Source of the DNA: Candidatus Pacearchaeota archaeon
GTDB lineage: Archaea > Nanobdellota > Nanobdellia > UBA10117 > JABICX01
Reading direction: 5' to 3'
Length of the DNA: 64,000 nt
Assembly: GCA_017608025.1 (NCBI GenBank)
Contig: JAFCGM010000001.1
Span: forward strand, 78,885-142,884
Under the pieces are notes generated by a model, which saw only the letters and a list, made by a program, of their open reading frames with translations, was not told where the DNA came from and searched no databases. Both the position numbers and the translations under genes were made by a program. The number at the start of each line of letters is the position of its first letter. Position 1 is the first letter of the stretch. Of this stretch, positions 39,201-47,803 are shown one piece after another.

Positions 39201-40913
39201 TTTTATCTTAACACATCTTCGTGGACTTTAGAGGAATACAATATTTCAGTTTACATAAATGTTACTGACAAGGAGACTTTTGAAAATTCAACTTACATGA
39301 ATGAATTCTTTTTTGAGAAGAATAATATTCCACAAATTGATTTCTGGCAAATTATCTCCACAAATAAGTCAGGCCAGACTTCAACTTACAATAATTCTAA
39401 TTATAATACAAGAATTTATGTTTATGAGAATATCAGCCGAGCAAATTACACAGACAATGCAATTGTTAATTTCTCAGTTTCAGCAAGCGATTTGGATGGA
39501 GATATTTTAACGTATTACTGGATAAAAGACAGTGAGATGCTTAATTACAATGGAACTGATTATCTTCAGAACTTTACTTACTGGTTTAATTCATCCTCAG
39601 CAGGAAACTACACACTTTCAATAATTGCGTCTGACTTGAAGGTAAATTCCACGATAGTTTTGAATCTGAGTGTTGTTGACGAGTATCCTCCAAGCTTTAC
39701 TCAGGAGCTTCCTGATGCAGATGCTGTTTCTGAAAATGGCGGCGAACTTTCGTATAATGTAAGCCAGTATGTAAATAATTTGGATGGAGATATTCTTGAG
39801 TATGATTATGCTATGACAAACGGAGAAGATATTGGATTTAGCATTGGAAGCGACGGAATTCTTGAAGCTACATTCAGTTGCGATGATGCTGGAGATTATG
39901 ATTTGAATATTTCTGTTTCTGATGGCTGGACAAGGATTGTTGACAACATTGACCTTGATGTTGAATCATCAGCTTCATGTGATGAAGGAACAGAAGAAAC
40001 AACTGAAGAACAGCAACAAGAAACAACTCAGCAGACAGATGTGGATTCCGGAGTTTCTTATTCGAGAGCTTATTCCTCTTTAGCTTCTGGTGAAGTGCAG
40101 TCATTTACTGTGAGCAAAACCGGAATTCCTGTGACAAATTTTGTTTTCAAGCCAAGTGCAGATTTGGAAAATGAGAAAATCACTTTCAAAGGTTATGATT
40201 CAAAACCAAGCGCAGTTTCATCTGTTCCAGGCACTGCTTATAAATACTTTAGCATAACTTCGACAGCTTTGGGAGATTATCTTACATATGCGAAAGTTAC
40301 TGTTAAAGTTCCTAAGTCCTGGATTTCAAGCAATAATATTATTGAAGACAGCATTTCAGTTCTTCACAATGCCGGATCTGGATGGGAAAAATTAGATATT
40401 AAGAAAACAAATGAAAATACTGCTAGCATATATTATGAATTTACAGTAGGCTCCTTCTCTTATTTTGCGATTACTGGAAACAAGAAATCTTTAGAATCTG
40501 AAGTTGTAAATGAAACTCTTTCAGCAACACAGGAGACTGAAACTTCAAACATTCCAACAGGAAATTTAACAAAGAATGTTTTAAACTTTTTTGAAGATTA
40601 TATCTTTGTTATTTCTGTTGTTGCAGCGACAATTACAGTTATTGTTGTAATTGCTTTAATTAAAACAGGAGCGATTGGTTTTCTCTTTAAGAAAAAAACA
40701 CAATTAAAACAACCTAAGAAAAAGTCCAATTCAATTCAGATCTTTTTCAAAAGAACAGCAAATTCGCTAAGAGCTTTTTTAGGAAACTTGTTTATTAGTC
40801 TTGCTGTTAAATTTAAGAAAAATCCAGAACGCCTTTCAAGCAGAGACCTAGTTTCAAAAAGAATTATCAACATGCAGAAACAACTAGAGGACCTTAAGAA
40901 AAGGCTTAAATAA
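36264..40913 (+). CDS. Giant secreted subtilisin-like serine protease (S8) with I9 propeptide, PKD-like repeats and a C-terminal TM anchor
   Basis: Catalytic triad motifs VCVIDSGIDYTHPDF, HGHGTHVAGIIAANGG and GTSMATPHVAGVIALM. I9-like propeptide. Repeated IDFWQI..N.S modules. C-terminal TM plus basic tail. Confidence 0.8.
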   Translation: MADKKIQISVSIALVLSILFVFSPSFTGFLILEGESEDMQENLVQDMLKISFSDSKIIDWQPTLSENQYISAVGVSGEYSGSGNFQVYLVDRNEEYLLFKSSDLKVSPITGFLVKDNHPVNKNKEKTKEKLIFESEKKEVESVYENSSEEKSETSESEIIIENKINESTIIPEENQTIKEPEENITTKINESYSANQTIVNEEQNQTIEEPKSIELENQTIEHPENETIEEEFAFSFKELYFVEISNTNLKLRIETDGDVNGVISSITYNVKDLPEQIKNETIEQLLVPENQTIQNKEMFEVIIVPKSKEFVLEPVSAHKSDFAIQENNTKFSKHDFVKLDKEVIKELENKGVEVDSVLKEKKVAKNVSMKAAEFKDSVKIIGKYRNTKAVIAEVTADELLALEDNLDIEKVYTTSQTLYHALLQDSVGIINATQTYAIQVNETNITGAGQVVCVIDSGIDYTHPDFWGNYSAINISETFNVTSGYVYYNSTNVSHTIFLINSSALSITENYTIEFSFDNSTWFNDTEKWQPPYYNNTTLYYKINTTLFSANNSIVTISGISVFIAVEPKIIGGYDFSNSDNDVLDDHGHGTHVAGIIAANGGIKGVAPDAKLVIVKVLDSAGGTSSSVFRDGFYYCANYSNTHSENISVISVSIGSDSTYSSYCDNSDTTIFPAIDYTVTTKQIPLIIATGNTNGAETNATSGISSPSCFENVSRVSATDKSLYMAGYAFRHKIFTDIILAPGSSINSTCMNGEYCFKSGTSMATPHVAGVIALMSQSYELSESSKTPAEIEQVLLDSGFSIYDSASGSNYTFVDAYAAVNSAPTIDFWQIRTMNGSRQISIYNNSLGVQQIDAYINNETNSWFDVNASDVNSDTLSYYWILDGTAINSNLANFSGCFEASDEGNHTLNLTVSDSIVNTTIEFNLTVHPDIASSVERYFETGDLINFTFTGSGRNSTAAWYDNSTANISLTEINDTDIFYLNTSSWTLEEYNISVYINVTDKETFENSTYMNEFFFEKNNIPQIDFWQIISTNKSGQTSTYNNSNYNTRIYVYENISRANYTDNAIVNFSVSASDLDGDILTYYWIKDSEMLNYNGTDYLQNFTYWFNSSSAGNYTLSIIASDLKVNSTIVLNLSVVDEYPPSFTQELPDADAVSENGGELSYNVSQYVNNLDGDILEYDYAMTNGEDIGFSIGSDGILEATFSCDDAGDYDLNISVSDGWTRIVDNIDLDVESSASCDEGTEETTEEQQQETTQQTDVDSGVSYSRAYSSLASGEVQSFTVSKTGIPVTNFVFKPSADLENEKITFKGYDSKPSAVSSVPGTAYKYFSITSTALGDYLTYAKVTVKVPKSWISSNNIIEDSISVLHNAGSGWEKLDIKKTNENTASIYYEFTVGSFSYFAITGNKKSLESEVVNETLSATQETETSNIPTGNLTKNVLNFFEDYIFVISVVAATITVIVVIALIKTGAIGFLFKKKTQLKQPKKKSNSIQIFFKRTANSLRAFLGNLFISLAVKFKKNPERLSSRDLVSKRIINMQKQLEDLKKRLK

Positions 40914-41003
40914 ACAAAACCCTTTTAAATCCTTGAAATTAACCAATTATACCCCTGTTAGCTGGAATGTGGGTTTTATACCTGAACCAGAGAAGGTGAT
41001 ATC

Positions 41004-41507
41004 ATGAAAGGACTTTATCAGTATGTAAGAGAGCTTTGGAAAAATCCAAAGAAAAATTTAGGAAAAAAATTTGTAAACAGCAGACTAATTGAATGGCGAA
41101 AACAGCCAGCAATAATTAGAATTGAACGGCCCACAAGAATTGACAGAGCACGCGCTCTTGGATACAAGGCAAAGCAAGGTTATGTTATTGCAAGAGTTAG
41201 GATTAAGAAAGGAACAACAAAAAGACCTGCGGCAAGGAGAAGAGGAAGGCGGCCAAAAAGATATGGTTTAAACAAACTTCCTTTGAAAATCGGAAAGCAA
41301 CAGATTTCTGAGAAAAGAGCTGCAAGAAAGTTTCCAAACCTTGAAGTTCTTAATTCATATTGGGTTGGAGAAGACGGAAAGCAGGAATGGTTTGAGGTAA
41401 TTCTTGTTGACCCTGAGCATCCTGTTATAAAGAATGACAAGAAAATAAATTGGATTTGCGAGCCTCAGCATAGAAAAAGAGTTTTTCGAGGCCTAACAAA
41501 GAAATAA
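41004..41507 (+). CDS. rpl15e: Ribosomal protein L15e
   Basis: [17 protein letters not shown] ... typical L15e N-terminus and basic composition. Confidence 0.8.
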   Translation: MKGLYQYVRELWKNPKKNLGKKFVNSRLIEWRKQPAIIRIERPTRIDRARALGYKAKQGYVIARVRIKKGTTKRPAARRRGRRPKRYGLNKLPLKIGKQQISEKRAARKFPNLEVLNSYWVGEDGKQEWFEVILVDPEHPVIKNDKKINWICEPQHRKRVFRGLTKK

Positions 41508-41509
41508 TT

Positions 41510-42097
41510 ATGCAACTGGATATTGTAATTCCGAAGAACAATGAAGAAGAGCTTTACAAAGAGGCTCTTTCAAAAAGCAAGATTCCAGTTTTTCTTTATT
41601 CTTCATTAAAATATGATGATTTGCTTTTGAAATTAAAGAGGCTTGAAACTTTTGAAAAGCACAAAACAGCATATCTTTTTGCTCCGAAAAATCCCTCAAA
41701 TCTTAATTTGGACAAGAGAATACGTAAAAAAGTTGATTATGTTATAGGAACTGCACAGGAATTGAAAACTGTTAGAGCTCTTGCAGAAAAAGGCAAAATT
41801 GATTTTTTAGTTAACATTGAAACTGCTGGTGGAAGAGACCACACACATTATCGGCAAAGTAATTTTAACCAGGTTATTGCACGGATTTGCAAGGAAAACC
41901 AGATTTTTTATGCAATTGACTTTTCAAGAATTCGAAAGGTGGAGGGATTTAAACGAGCTATTCTTCTTGGAAGGATTATGCAGAATGCGAAAATATGTAA
42001 GAAGGAAAAAGTCAAAATTAATGTTTTCAGCTTTGCTGTGAAAGAGCAAGAGCTTTTTAATTCAGATATACTAAGTGCCTTTCAATGTATTCTCTAA
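41510..42097 (+). CDS. Probable RNase P protein subunit Rpp30 (Rnp3)
   Basis: Size (195 aa), position directly after rpl15e in the exosome/RNase P superoperon, and an alternating hydrophobic/Asp pattern compatible with a TIM-barrel. Call by context, no diagnostic motif. Confidence 0.35.
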   Translation: MQLDIVIPKNNEEELYKEALSKSKIPVFLYSSLKYDDLLLKLKRLETFEKHKTAYLFAPKNPSNLNLDKRIRKKVDYVIGTAQELKTVRALAEKGKIDFLVNIETAGGRDHTHYRQSNFNQVIARICKENQIFYAIDFSRIRKVEGFKRAILLGRIMQNAKICKKEKVKINVFSFAVKEQELFNSDILSAFQCIL

Positions 42098-42175
42098 TTA
42101 AAGTAAAAAGTAATAAACAACAAGTACGACTACAATAATTGCTGCAACAATTCCAGCAATAACTTTTGCATCCAT
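42098..42175 (-). CDS. Tiny hydrophobic peptide MDAKVIAGIVAAIIVVVLVVYYFLL (25 aa)
   Basis: Hand-translated; paralog of 29497..29583. Confidence 0.25.
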   Translation of the reverse strand: MDAKVIAGIVAAIIVVVLVVYYFLL

Positions 42176-42218
42176 GTAAAAAAATAAAAAATAATTATTT
42201 AAATATTTATCTTAAATT

Positions 42219-42380
42219 AAATGTTTATAACTTCTCCGTTTTTAGGCGCAGCACTTTTTCTTAAAAAGAAAACCTGAATTAAATTCAGGCGCGAATTGAA
42301 ACAAAAGTTCGCTTCTGCACTAAAAGAAATTGTTTTTCAATAAAACTCAAATGTTTATAACTTCTCCGTTTTTAGGCGCA
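42219..42380. repeat. Element (42251..42348: gcactttttcttaaaaagaaaa-cctgaattaaattcagg-cgcgaattgaaacaaaagttcgc-ttctgcactaaaagaaa...) flanked by the 32-bp perfect direct repeat aaatgtttataacttctccgtttttaggcgca (42219..42250 and 42349..42380). The second copy is the last 10 codons plus stop of the beta-CASP gene.
   Basis: Direct reading. The outer copy even keeps a stop codon (TAA instead of TGA). Confidence 0.65.
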
Positions 42381-43588
42381 ATTGCGTCAATTCCAAACCG
42401 AGACTTCATTTCAACTGCAAATTTCTGAGGATATTCTCCGTGCATGCATATAAGCTTTTTAGGTCTTATTTTTTTTACTAAATTTATTAAGTCTTTTCTT
42501 CCTGCATGGCCTGAAAAGTCAATCTGATGTATTTGCATTTTAAGTTTTAAGTTCATGTTCTCATTTACATAATATCCTGTGTCAACAAGGTAACGTCCAG
42601 CTGTTTTAGGAATCTGAAATCCTGTTAATATAAGAGAAGAGCTTTCATCTGTGTACAGGTGCTTTAGCAAGCTTACAACAGGTCCGCCATCGAGGCAACC
42701 TCCTGTTGTTATTATTGCGCAACCTTTGCTTATTGCTTCCTTCATGTTGTTTTTTGTCATAAGTTCTGCATACTCAAAAGCAGCTTTTAAATCATCAGGG
42801 TTTTTCAAATATTCCTTGTTTTTGAGCATAATTTTAATTGCCTTTACACCCATTCCAGCTATGTATACTGGAAAGGGAAATTTGTATTTTTTAAGAATAA
42901 GTATTAATTCAGGCATTCTAAGAGCAAAAGCAGGTATTACTGCAACACCGCCTCTTTGAATTGTTTCTTTTGCTACTTTTACAAGTTTTTTCTCGTTTTC
43001 AATTCTTGGAGAATGGTCTCTGCTTGAGTATGTTGTTTCCATGAACATTATGTCAATCTTTTCTTTTGGCATATCCAAGCCATTAATTAATTCCCGGTCT
43101 ATTGTGTTTATATCTCCAGTATATAGAATATTCTTTCCTTGTGTTTTTATTAAGTACATTGCGCTTCCAGGTAAGTGTCCTGAATCAATAACTTTCACTA
43201 TTGATTCTTTTAGTTTTATTTTGTCATTGTATTTTATTTTCTTACAATTTCTTGAAAAGGCCTTAATTTGATTTTCATTAAACAATGGCCGAATGTTTCG
43301 GAGTTTTGCAACCTTAAGACTGTCTTTTAAAATAAGCATCCCAAGATCTTTAGTCATTGATGTGAGAAATGTTTTTGGATTTGATCTTTTGTAAAAAGAA
43401 GGCACTACACCAATATGGTCAAGGTGAGCGTGGGTTACGAAGATGTTTTTTGGAGCTGATGTTGGCTTCAAAGGCGGCAAATGTTCCTCAACATTAAGAC
43501 CATATTCAAGTAGAATTTTGTCCTTGTTGTTGATGAAAACTGCGTTTCTTCCTACTTCTCTAAATCCACCTAAGCATTCTATTTTCAT
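42347..43588 (-). CDS. Beta-CASP family metallo-beta-lactamase RNase (aCPSF2-like, no KH domains)
   Basis: IFVTHAHLDHIG (HxHxDH) plus downstream beta-CASP motifs; 413 aa. Confidence 0.65.
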   Translation of the reverse strand: MKIECLGGFREVGRNAVFINNKDKILLEYGLNVEEHLPPLKPTSAPKNIFVTHAHLDHIGVVPSFYKRSNPKTFLTSMTKDLGMLILKDSLKVAKLRNIRPLFNENQIKAFSRNCKKIKYNDKIKLKESIVKVIDSGHLPGSAMYLIKTQGKNILYTGDINTIDRELINGLDMPKEKIDIMFMETTYSSRDHSPRIENEKKLVKVAKETIQRGGVAVIPAFALRMPELILILKKYKFPFPVYIAGMGVKAIKIMLKNKEYLKNPDDLKAAFEYAELMTKNNMKEAISKGCAIITTGGCLDGGPVVSLLKHLYTDESSSLILTGFQIPKTAGRYLVDTGYYVNENMNLKLKMQIHQIDFSGHAGRKDLINLVKKIRPKKLICMHGEYPQKFAVEMKSRFGIDAIAPKNGEVINI

Positions 43589-43752
43589 TTTTTCTTCTTT
43601 AGTTCCACGCCAAGTTTTTTAAGTTCTTCAGAATGTGCACTTATTAAGTTGTCAATAATTTGAATAATCTTAACCATTTCTTCTCTTTCCTTAAGAAGAG
43701 TTGAAATAGAACCTTTGTGAAATCCTATTTTTTCATGTTTATTTATATCCAT
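43585..43752 (-). CDS. Unannotated small ORF (~55 aa) MDINKHEKIGFHKGSISTLLKEREEMVKIIQIIDNLISAHSEELKKLGVELKKKK
   Basis: Hand-translated. Its stop overlaps the start codon of the beta-CASP gene. No motif recognised. Confidence 0.2.
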   Translation of the reverse strand: MDINKHEKIGFHKGSISTLLKEREEMVKIIQIIDNLISAHSEELKKLGVELKKKK

Positions 43753-43800
43753 AATAACAATATCTTTTGCGTTTGCTTGTATTTAAAGATTTTGAGAAAG

Positions 43801-44391
43801 CTATTCAAAATCCTCTACTTTTAGGGAAGTTCCTTTTGTTGATTTCTTGTTGATCTTTAAATATTCATTTGTCAAAATCCAGAAAATTAAGGCAAGTGAT
43901 TTTGAACCTTTGTTGTTGCAAGGAATTGCCAAATCAACATTATTCAAAGTATTATTTGAGTCGCACAGAGCTACAACAGTTATTCCTTTTTTTACAGCGT
44001 CAGTTATTGCGTTTTTGTCAATCCACGGGTCTGAAACAATTACAAGTTTTGGTTCTATGAAGTTCTTCAGTTCTGGATTGGTCATAACTCCGGCAGGATA
44101 TCTTCCTGAATAATATTTTGCTCCAATTGTCTCTGCAAAGGCTTTTACAGCTTTCCAAGAATTTTCCCTTCTGCCGATAACCAGAATGTCTTTAGGATTA
44201 TATTTTGAGATGAACTTTGATGCATATGCAAGGCGTTCATCAATTTTCTGAACATTAAGAATTGAAAGTCCTTTTGGGTTTACTTTGTAGATAAAAGGTT
44301 TCATGTCCTTTGTTTTGAATTTTGTTCCAATGTGCACTCCTGCAGACAAATAATCTTCTGCTGGTACAAGTGTTTTATTTTTTGAAGCCAT
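43801..44391 (-). CDS. rps2: Ribosomal protein S2
   Basis: MASKNKTLVPAEDYLSAGVHIGTKFKT matches the S2 N-terminus. Confidence 0.8.
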   Translation of the reverse strand: MASKNKTLVPAEDYLSAGVHIGTKFKTKDMKPFIYKVNPKGLSILNVQKIDERLAYASKFISKYNPKDILVIGRRENSWKAVKAFAETIGAKYYSGRYPAGVMTNPELKNFIEPKLVIVSDPWIDKNAITDAVKKGITVVALCDSNNTLNNVDLAIPCNNKGSKSLALIFWILTNEYLKINKKSTKGTSLKVEDFE

Positions 44392-44392
44392 T

Positions 44393-44572
44393 TTACTTTA
44401 ATGAAGGCGTTGGCCTTTTTATTGTAATTGGAAGAACTCCTTTTTCAAGTTCTTGTTCAGATATTTTTACAGTATCTTTTTCCTTTGTCTTTATGAGCAA
44501 AGGTGCTCCCATTGCAAGTTGCAGTGCTCTTGCACCGATGATTCTTGCGAGTTCAAACTTTGTGTATTTCAT
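44393..44572 (-). CDS. rpoK: DNA-directed RNA polymerase subunit K (Rpo6), 59 aa, missed by the ORF track
   Basis: Hand-translated MKYTKFELARIIGARALQLAMGAPLLIKTKEKD... The E.ARIIGARALQ..MGAP motif is the RpoK/Rpb6 signature. The rpoK-rps2 pairing is conserved. Confidence 0.65.
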   Translation of the reverse strand: MKYTKFELARIIGARALQLAMGAPLLIKTKEKDTVKISEQELEKGVLPITIKRPTPSLK

Positions 44573-44673
44573 TTTGAATACTCTTTAGTGTCCCTATTTA
44601 AATGTTTCGCTGCCTTTTTCGAAAAAAGGCAAGTTGCCAAAGAGCTTGGTTTTGGGATGAGGTAAAGCCCCAT

Positions 44674-45471
44674 CTAATTCTTTTTTATTATTTTCAATTT
44701 TTCTTTCTCCAGCTTTATTGCTGAGTCAATAATGTTGTAAATTTCTTCTTCTTTGAAAAATCCTTCTTTGCTTTTTTGAATTGCACAGATTTCGCCATTT
44801 GCTATTGCAATATGCATTTCTGCGTCAGCAACAGTTTCCTCTTCTTTTGTCGGATCTAATATTATTTCATTTCCAATTTTTGCAAAAGTAGTCATAATTG
44901 GCGTAACTTTGTCATTCAATGCTATTTTGTTTTTTGTTTTTTCCTTATGATTTACTTTATCTTCTTTTTTGTCGTATTTTGGAAACAATGCTGTCCTTAG
45001 TGCTGTAACTGCTCCGAGTTGGCAAGCATCAAATAAGTTTCCGTCATTGTTTAATATTACTGCGTCAATGAAAACCATCCAAACTTTCTCGTCTTTTTTA
45101 ATACAAAGCTTTTTTGTGTCTAAGAATTTTGACTCGCGGATTGCGCGGTCAACAACCCTTGAAAGTTCTATTGCATCTTCTCTTGGAGGACCTGGCTCAA
45201 ATTCATAGTCGGCAATAGGAGTCATTTCAGCGCTTACAATAAGCGTGCCTTCTTCTCCAGAATCTGGGAAAGGCTCTCCTACATCAAGCTTTACTCCAAC
45301 AATAACTTCAGTTTCACCGATTCTGATTCTTGCAGAGCCGTTTGCTGCGGAAATATAGTCTGTTTCAATTTTTATTTCCCGAATTTCATCTTTTTTTCTG
45401 CCATCAATTCTTATATTTTTCTTTAAAAGCTCTTCAATATGCTTTCTTAATGCAGTATATTCTTTTTCCAT
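44674..45471 (-). CDS. rrp42: Exosome subunit Rrp42 (RNase PH-like)
   Basis: RIDGRKKDEIREIKIETDYISAANGSARIRIGETEVIVGVK; position after rrp41. Confidence 0.7.
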   Translation of the reverse strand: MEKEYTALRKHIEELLKKNIRIDGRKKDEIREIKIETDYISAANGSARIRIGETEVIVGVKLDVGEPFPDSGEEGTLIVSAEMTPIADYEFEPGPPREDAIELSRVVDRAIRESKFLDTKKLCIKKDEKVWMVFIDAVILNNDGNLFDACQLGAVTALRTALFPKYDKKEDKVNHKEKTKNKIALNDKVTPIMTTFAKIGNEIILDPTKEEETVADAEMHIAIANGEICAIQKSKEGFFKEEEIYNIIDSAIKLEKEKLKIIKKN

Positions 45472-46202
45472 TATTCTGCACCCCCTTGCTCTTTAAATCT
45501 TTTTACAATCGCTTTTTTCTGCATTTTGTAAAGTTCCTTACATCCTTTTTTGCAAAGTTCCATTGCTTCTTTAAATTCCTTTTTGGTAAGATTTCCGTCA
45601 AATTGCATTAGAGTTATTTTTTCGTTTCGAGGCATTATTGCTATTGGCAAATCTCCCTCTCCGAAATTGTCTTCTGGCTGAAACAAATCCAAAGCGATTT
45701 TTCCGTTTATTTTTCCTGCTGCAATTGAAGTTACTAAATCCTTCATTTCAATTCCAGCATCAGCCAAAGCAATAGATGCAGCGTTTATTGCAGCTGTTCT
45801 TGTTCCTGCGTTTGCATTTATAACTTCAACAAAAACATCAATCTTTGCATTCGGGTATTTTTCAAGGATTATTGCTTCTGAAAGGGCGTTTTTCATAACC
45901 ATTGAAATTTCCTTGCTTCTTCTTGATGGTCCTGGTCTGTTTCTTTCAGTTGTTGCAAATGAATCCATAGTGTAAATTACATTCAAATACGCTTTTGTGC
46001 TGTCCTGCAATCTCCTAGGATGCATTTTTCTAGGTCCATAAACTCCTGCAATTGCTATTGTATCTCCGATTTTGAATTCAGCAGAACCATCTGCAGAAGG
46101 AATTACTCCAGATTTTATGGAAATTGGCCGCATTTCATTTAGTTTTCTTCCATCAAGCCTTTTTCCATTTACAATTAGTTTTTCATTTCCTGAACCTGCC
46201 AT
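45471..46202 (-). CDS. rrp41: Exosome catalytic subunit Rrp41 (RNase PH)
   Basis: NGKRLDGRKLNEMRPISIKSGVIPSADGSAEFKIGDTIAIAGVYGPR. Confidence 0.7.
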   Translation of the reverse strand: MAGSGNEKLIVNGKRLDGRKLNEMRPISIKSGVIPSADGSAEFKIGDTIAIAGVYGPRKMHPRRLQDSTKAYLNVIYTMDSFATTERNRPGPSRRSKEISMVMKNALSEAIILEKYPNAKIDVFVEVINANAGTRTAAINAASIALADAGIEMKDLVTSIAAGKINGKIALDLFQPEDNFGEGDLPIAIMPRNEKITLMQFDGNLTKKEFKEAMELCKKGCKELYKMQKKAIVKRFKEQGGAE

Positions 46203-46323
46203 TATTCCTTCACCGTCCTTCCACTAAAGGGACCTATAAAAGTGCTATTTTCGGAAACAAAGTTTCCTCGATAACACATAACTTCTTTTGAGTTTATCTT
46301 TTTAGATGTGTTTTTTGTGTATA

Positions 46324-47046
46324 TCATTTTTTCACCTCTGTCAGCAATTCTTTTACTTTGTCAGTCAAGCCGTGTGTGTGTGATTTTTCTTCAATAAGCT
46401 TTATGGCTTTTGACAAGGCAACTATTTTTTCTGCGTCGCCCTTAACCCATACCCAGCCGTTCTGGCCTACAATTATCTGACATTTTGAGTATTCTTTAAG
46501 CACTTTTATCATGCTTCCCTGCTTTCCAATTATTCTTGGAATTTTTGAAGGGGAAACTTCAATTGTTATTCCGCCAGAAAGTTTCTGGTAAGGTCGGTTT
46601 TTCATGCTCAGTTTAACATATCCCTGCTTGCTTACATCGTAGATTTCTGCGAAAACATACTCTCCGACATCAATCATTTTTGTAAGAGGAACTCTTTTGT
46701 CAACTCTTCTAGCAAATGCGTCAAGCACATTTAGCTCTGCTTCAAACGGACTTTTTATTTCAACATTCCATCCGTATTTTGAGACATCTGTTACTTTTCC
46801 AATTACAGCATCTCTTTGTTTTGGCACATATCTTCCAGATAAGGGAATTACTTTTATTACATGCCCTTTGACATTAATTAGTCCCAAGCTTGTGGAAATA
46901 ATTTTATTGTCTTCTCTTATAGCATTTCCAGAAGGGAGAAAATCCATTCCTTCAGCTAGTATATCTCCAGGAACCACAATGTCTCCGTGCTTTACATTTA
47001 TTTTTTCTGTCATTTTATTTTCACTCCTTTTGAATATTAGTTTCAA
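46324..47046 (-). CDS. rrp4: Exosome RNA-binding subunit Rrp4 (S1 + KH)
   Basis: N-terminal domain VVPGDILAEG, S1 and KH-like regions. True start may be the internal MTEKINV. Confidence 0.7.
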   Translation of the reverse strand: MKLIFKRSENKMTEKINVKHGDIVVPGDILAEGMDFLPSGNAIREDNKIISTSLGLINVKGHVIKVIPLSGRYVPKQRDAVIGKVTDVSKYGWNVEIKSPFEAELNVLDAFARRVDKRVPLTKMIDVGEYVFAEIYDVSKQGYVKLSMKNRPYQKLSGGITIEVSPSKIPRIIGKQGSMIKVLKEYSKCQIIVGQNGWVWVKGDAEKIVALSKAIKLIEEKSHTHGLTDKVKELLTEVKK

Positions 47047-47086
47047 TTTCTGCTTTGTAAGATATTGTTTTTCTATTTTTCTTCTT

Positions 47087-47803
47087 CTATTCTTCTATTT
47101 GTGCTGTTCCATTAGTGAGTTTGTTTACTAATGAAAACAAGTCCTGCTTTTCACCACTAACAATATCCAGCTCAAAATATACAGAACCGTCATTTTTCCA
47201 CGATTCTGAGGACAAAGAATATTTTCTTTTTACTGCACTATATGTTTTTGCAGCGTGCTCCTGAGGTATTGTGATTTTTAAATGGAGCTTCTCAAAAGAT
47301 ATTGGGAGAACTGTTTTTATTTTTTCAATAACTCTTTTGAGAATATAATCAAAGTTCTCTTCTGGATTTATGCTGATTTTAGCTTCTTCAAGCGCATTTT
47401 CTATCCTCTGAACTGGATGAGGTAGCTTTGTCTTTGGGTCAAAGCCGTTTCGATGGATATAAGCGATTATTTTTCTTTTCTTTGCTTCATTTATTTTATC
47501 TCTTTGTTCTGAAGTAAGGTTGATTTCACCTTCCTTGATAATTGTTTCTGCGACTTTTAGAGGGTTGCTTGTTTCAAAAACTTTTTCTAAATCATCTTCA
47601 GAAGCTAAATTTCCTTTTTTTGCATCAAAGAATATATGTTCTGAGCGAATAATTTCATCTATTTTCTCTTCCTTTCCCTGCCTTAAATTAAAGGCTTTTT
47701 CAACATCTTTTAAGACAACTTCAAATGTTTCTCCATGCTTTTTCAGCCGAGCAAGGTTCATATGAAGTTTTTCTTTTGGAAATATGTTTTGCTGAATATT
47801 CAT
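47087..47803 (-). CDS. sdo1: SBDS/Sdo1 ribosome maturation protein
   Basis: NLARLKKHGETFEVVL matches the SBDS N-terminal FYSH motif; conserved superoperon position. Confidence 0.7.
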   Translation of the reverse strand: MNIQQNIFPKEKLHMNLARLKKHGETFEVVLKDVEKAFNLRQGKEEKIDEIIRSEHIFFDAKKGNLASEDDLEKVFETSNPLKVAETIIKEGEINLTSEQRDKINEAKKRKIIAYIHRNGFDPKTKLPHPVQRIENALEEAKISINPEENFDYILKRVIEKIKTVLPISFEKLHLKITIPQEHAAKTYSAVKRKYSLSSESWKNDGSVYFELDIVSGEKQDLFSLVNKLTNGTAQIEE

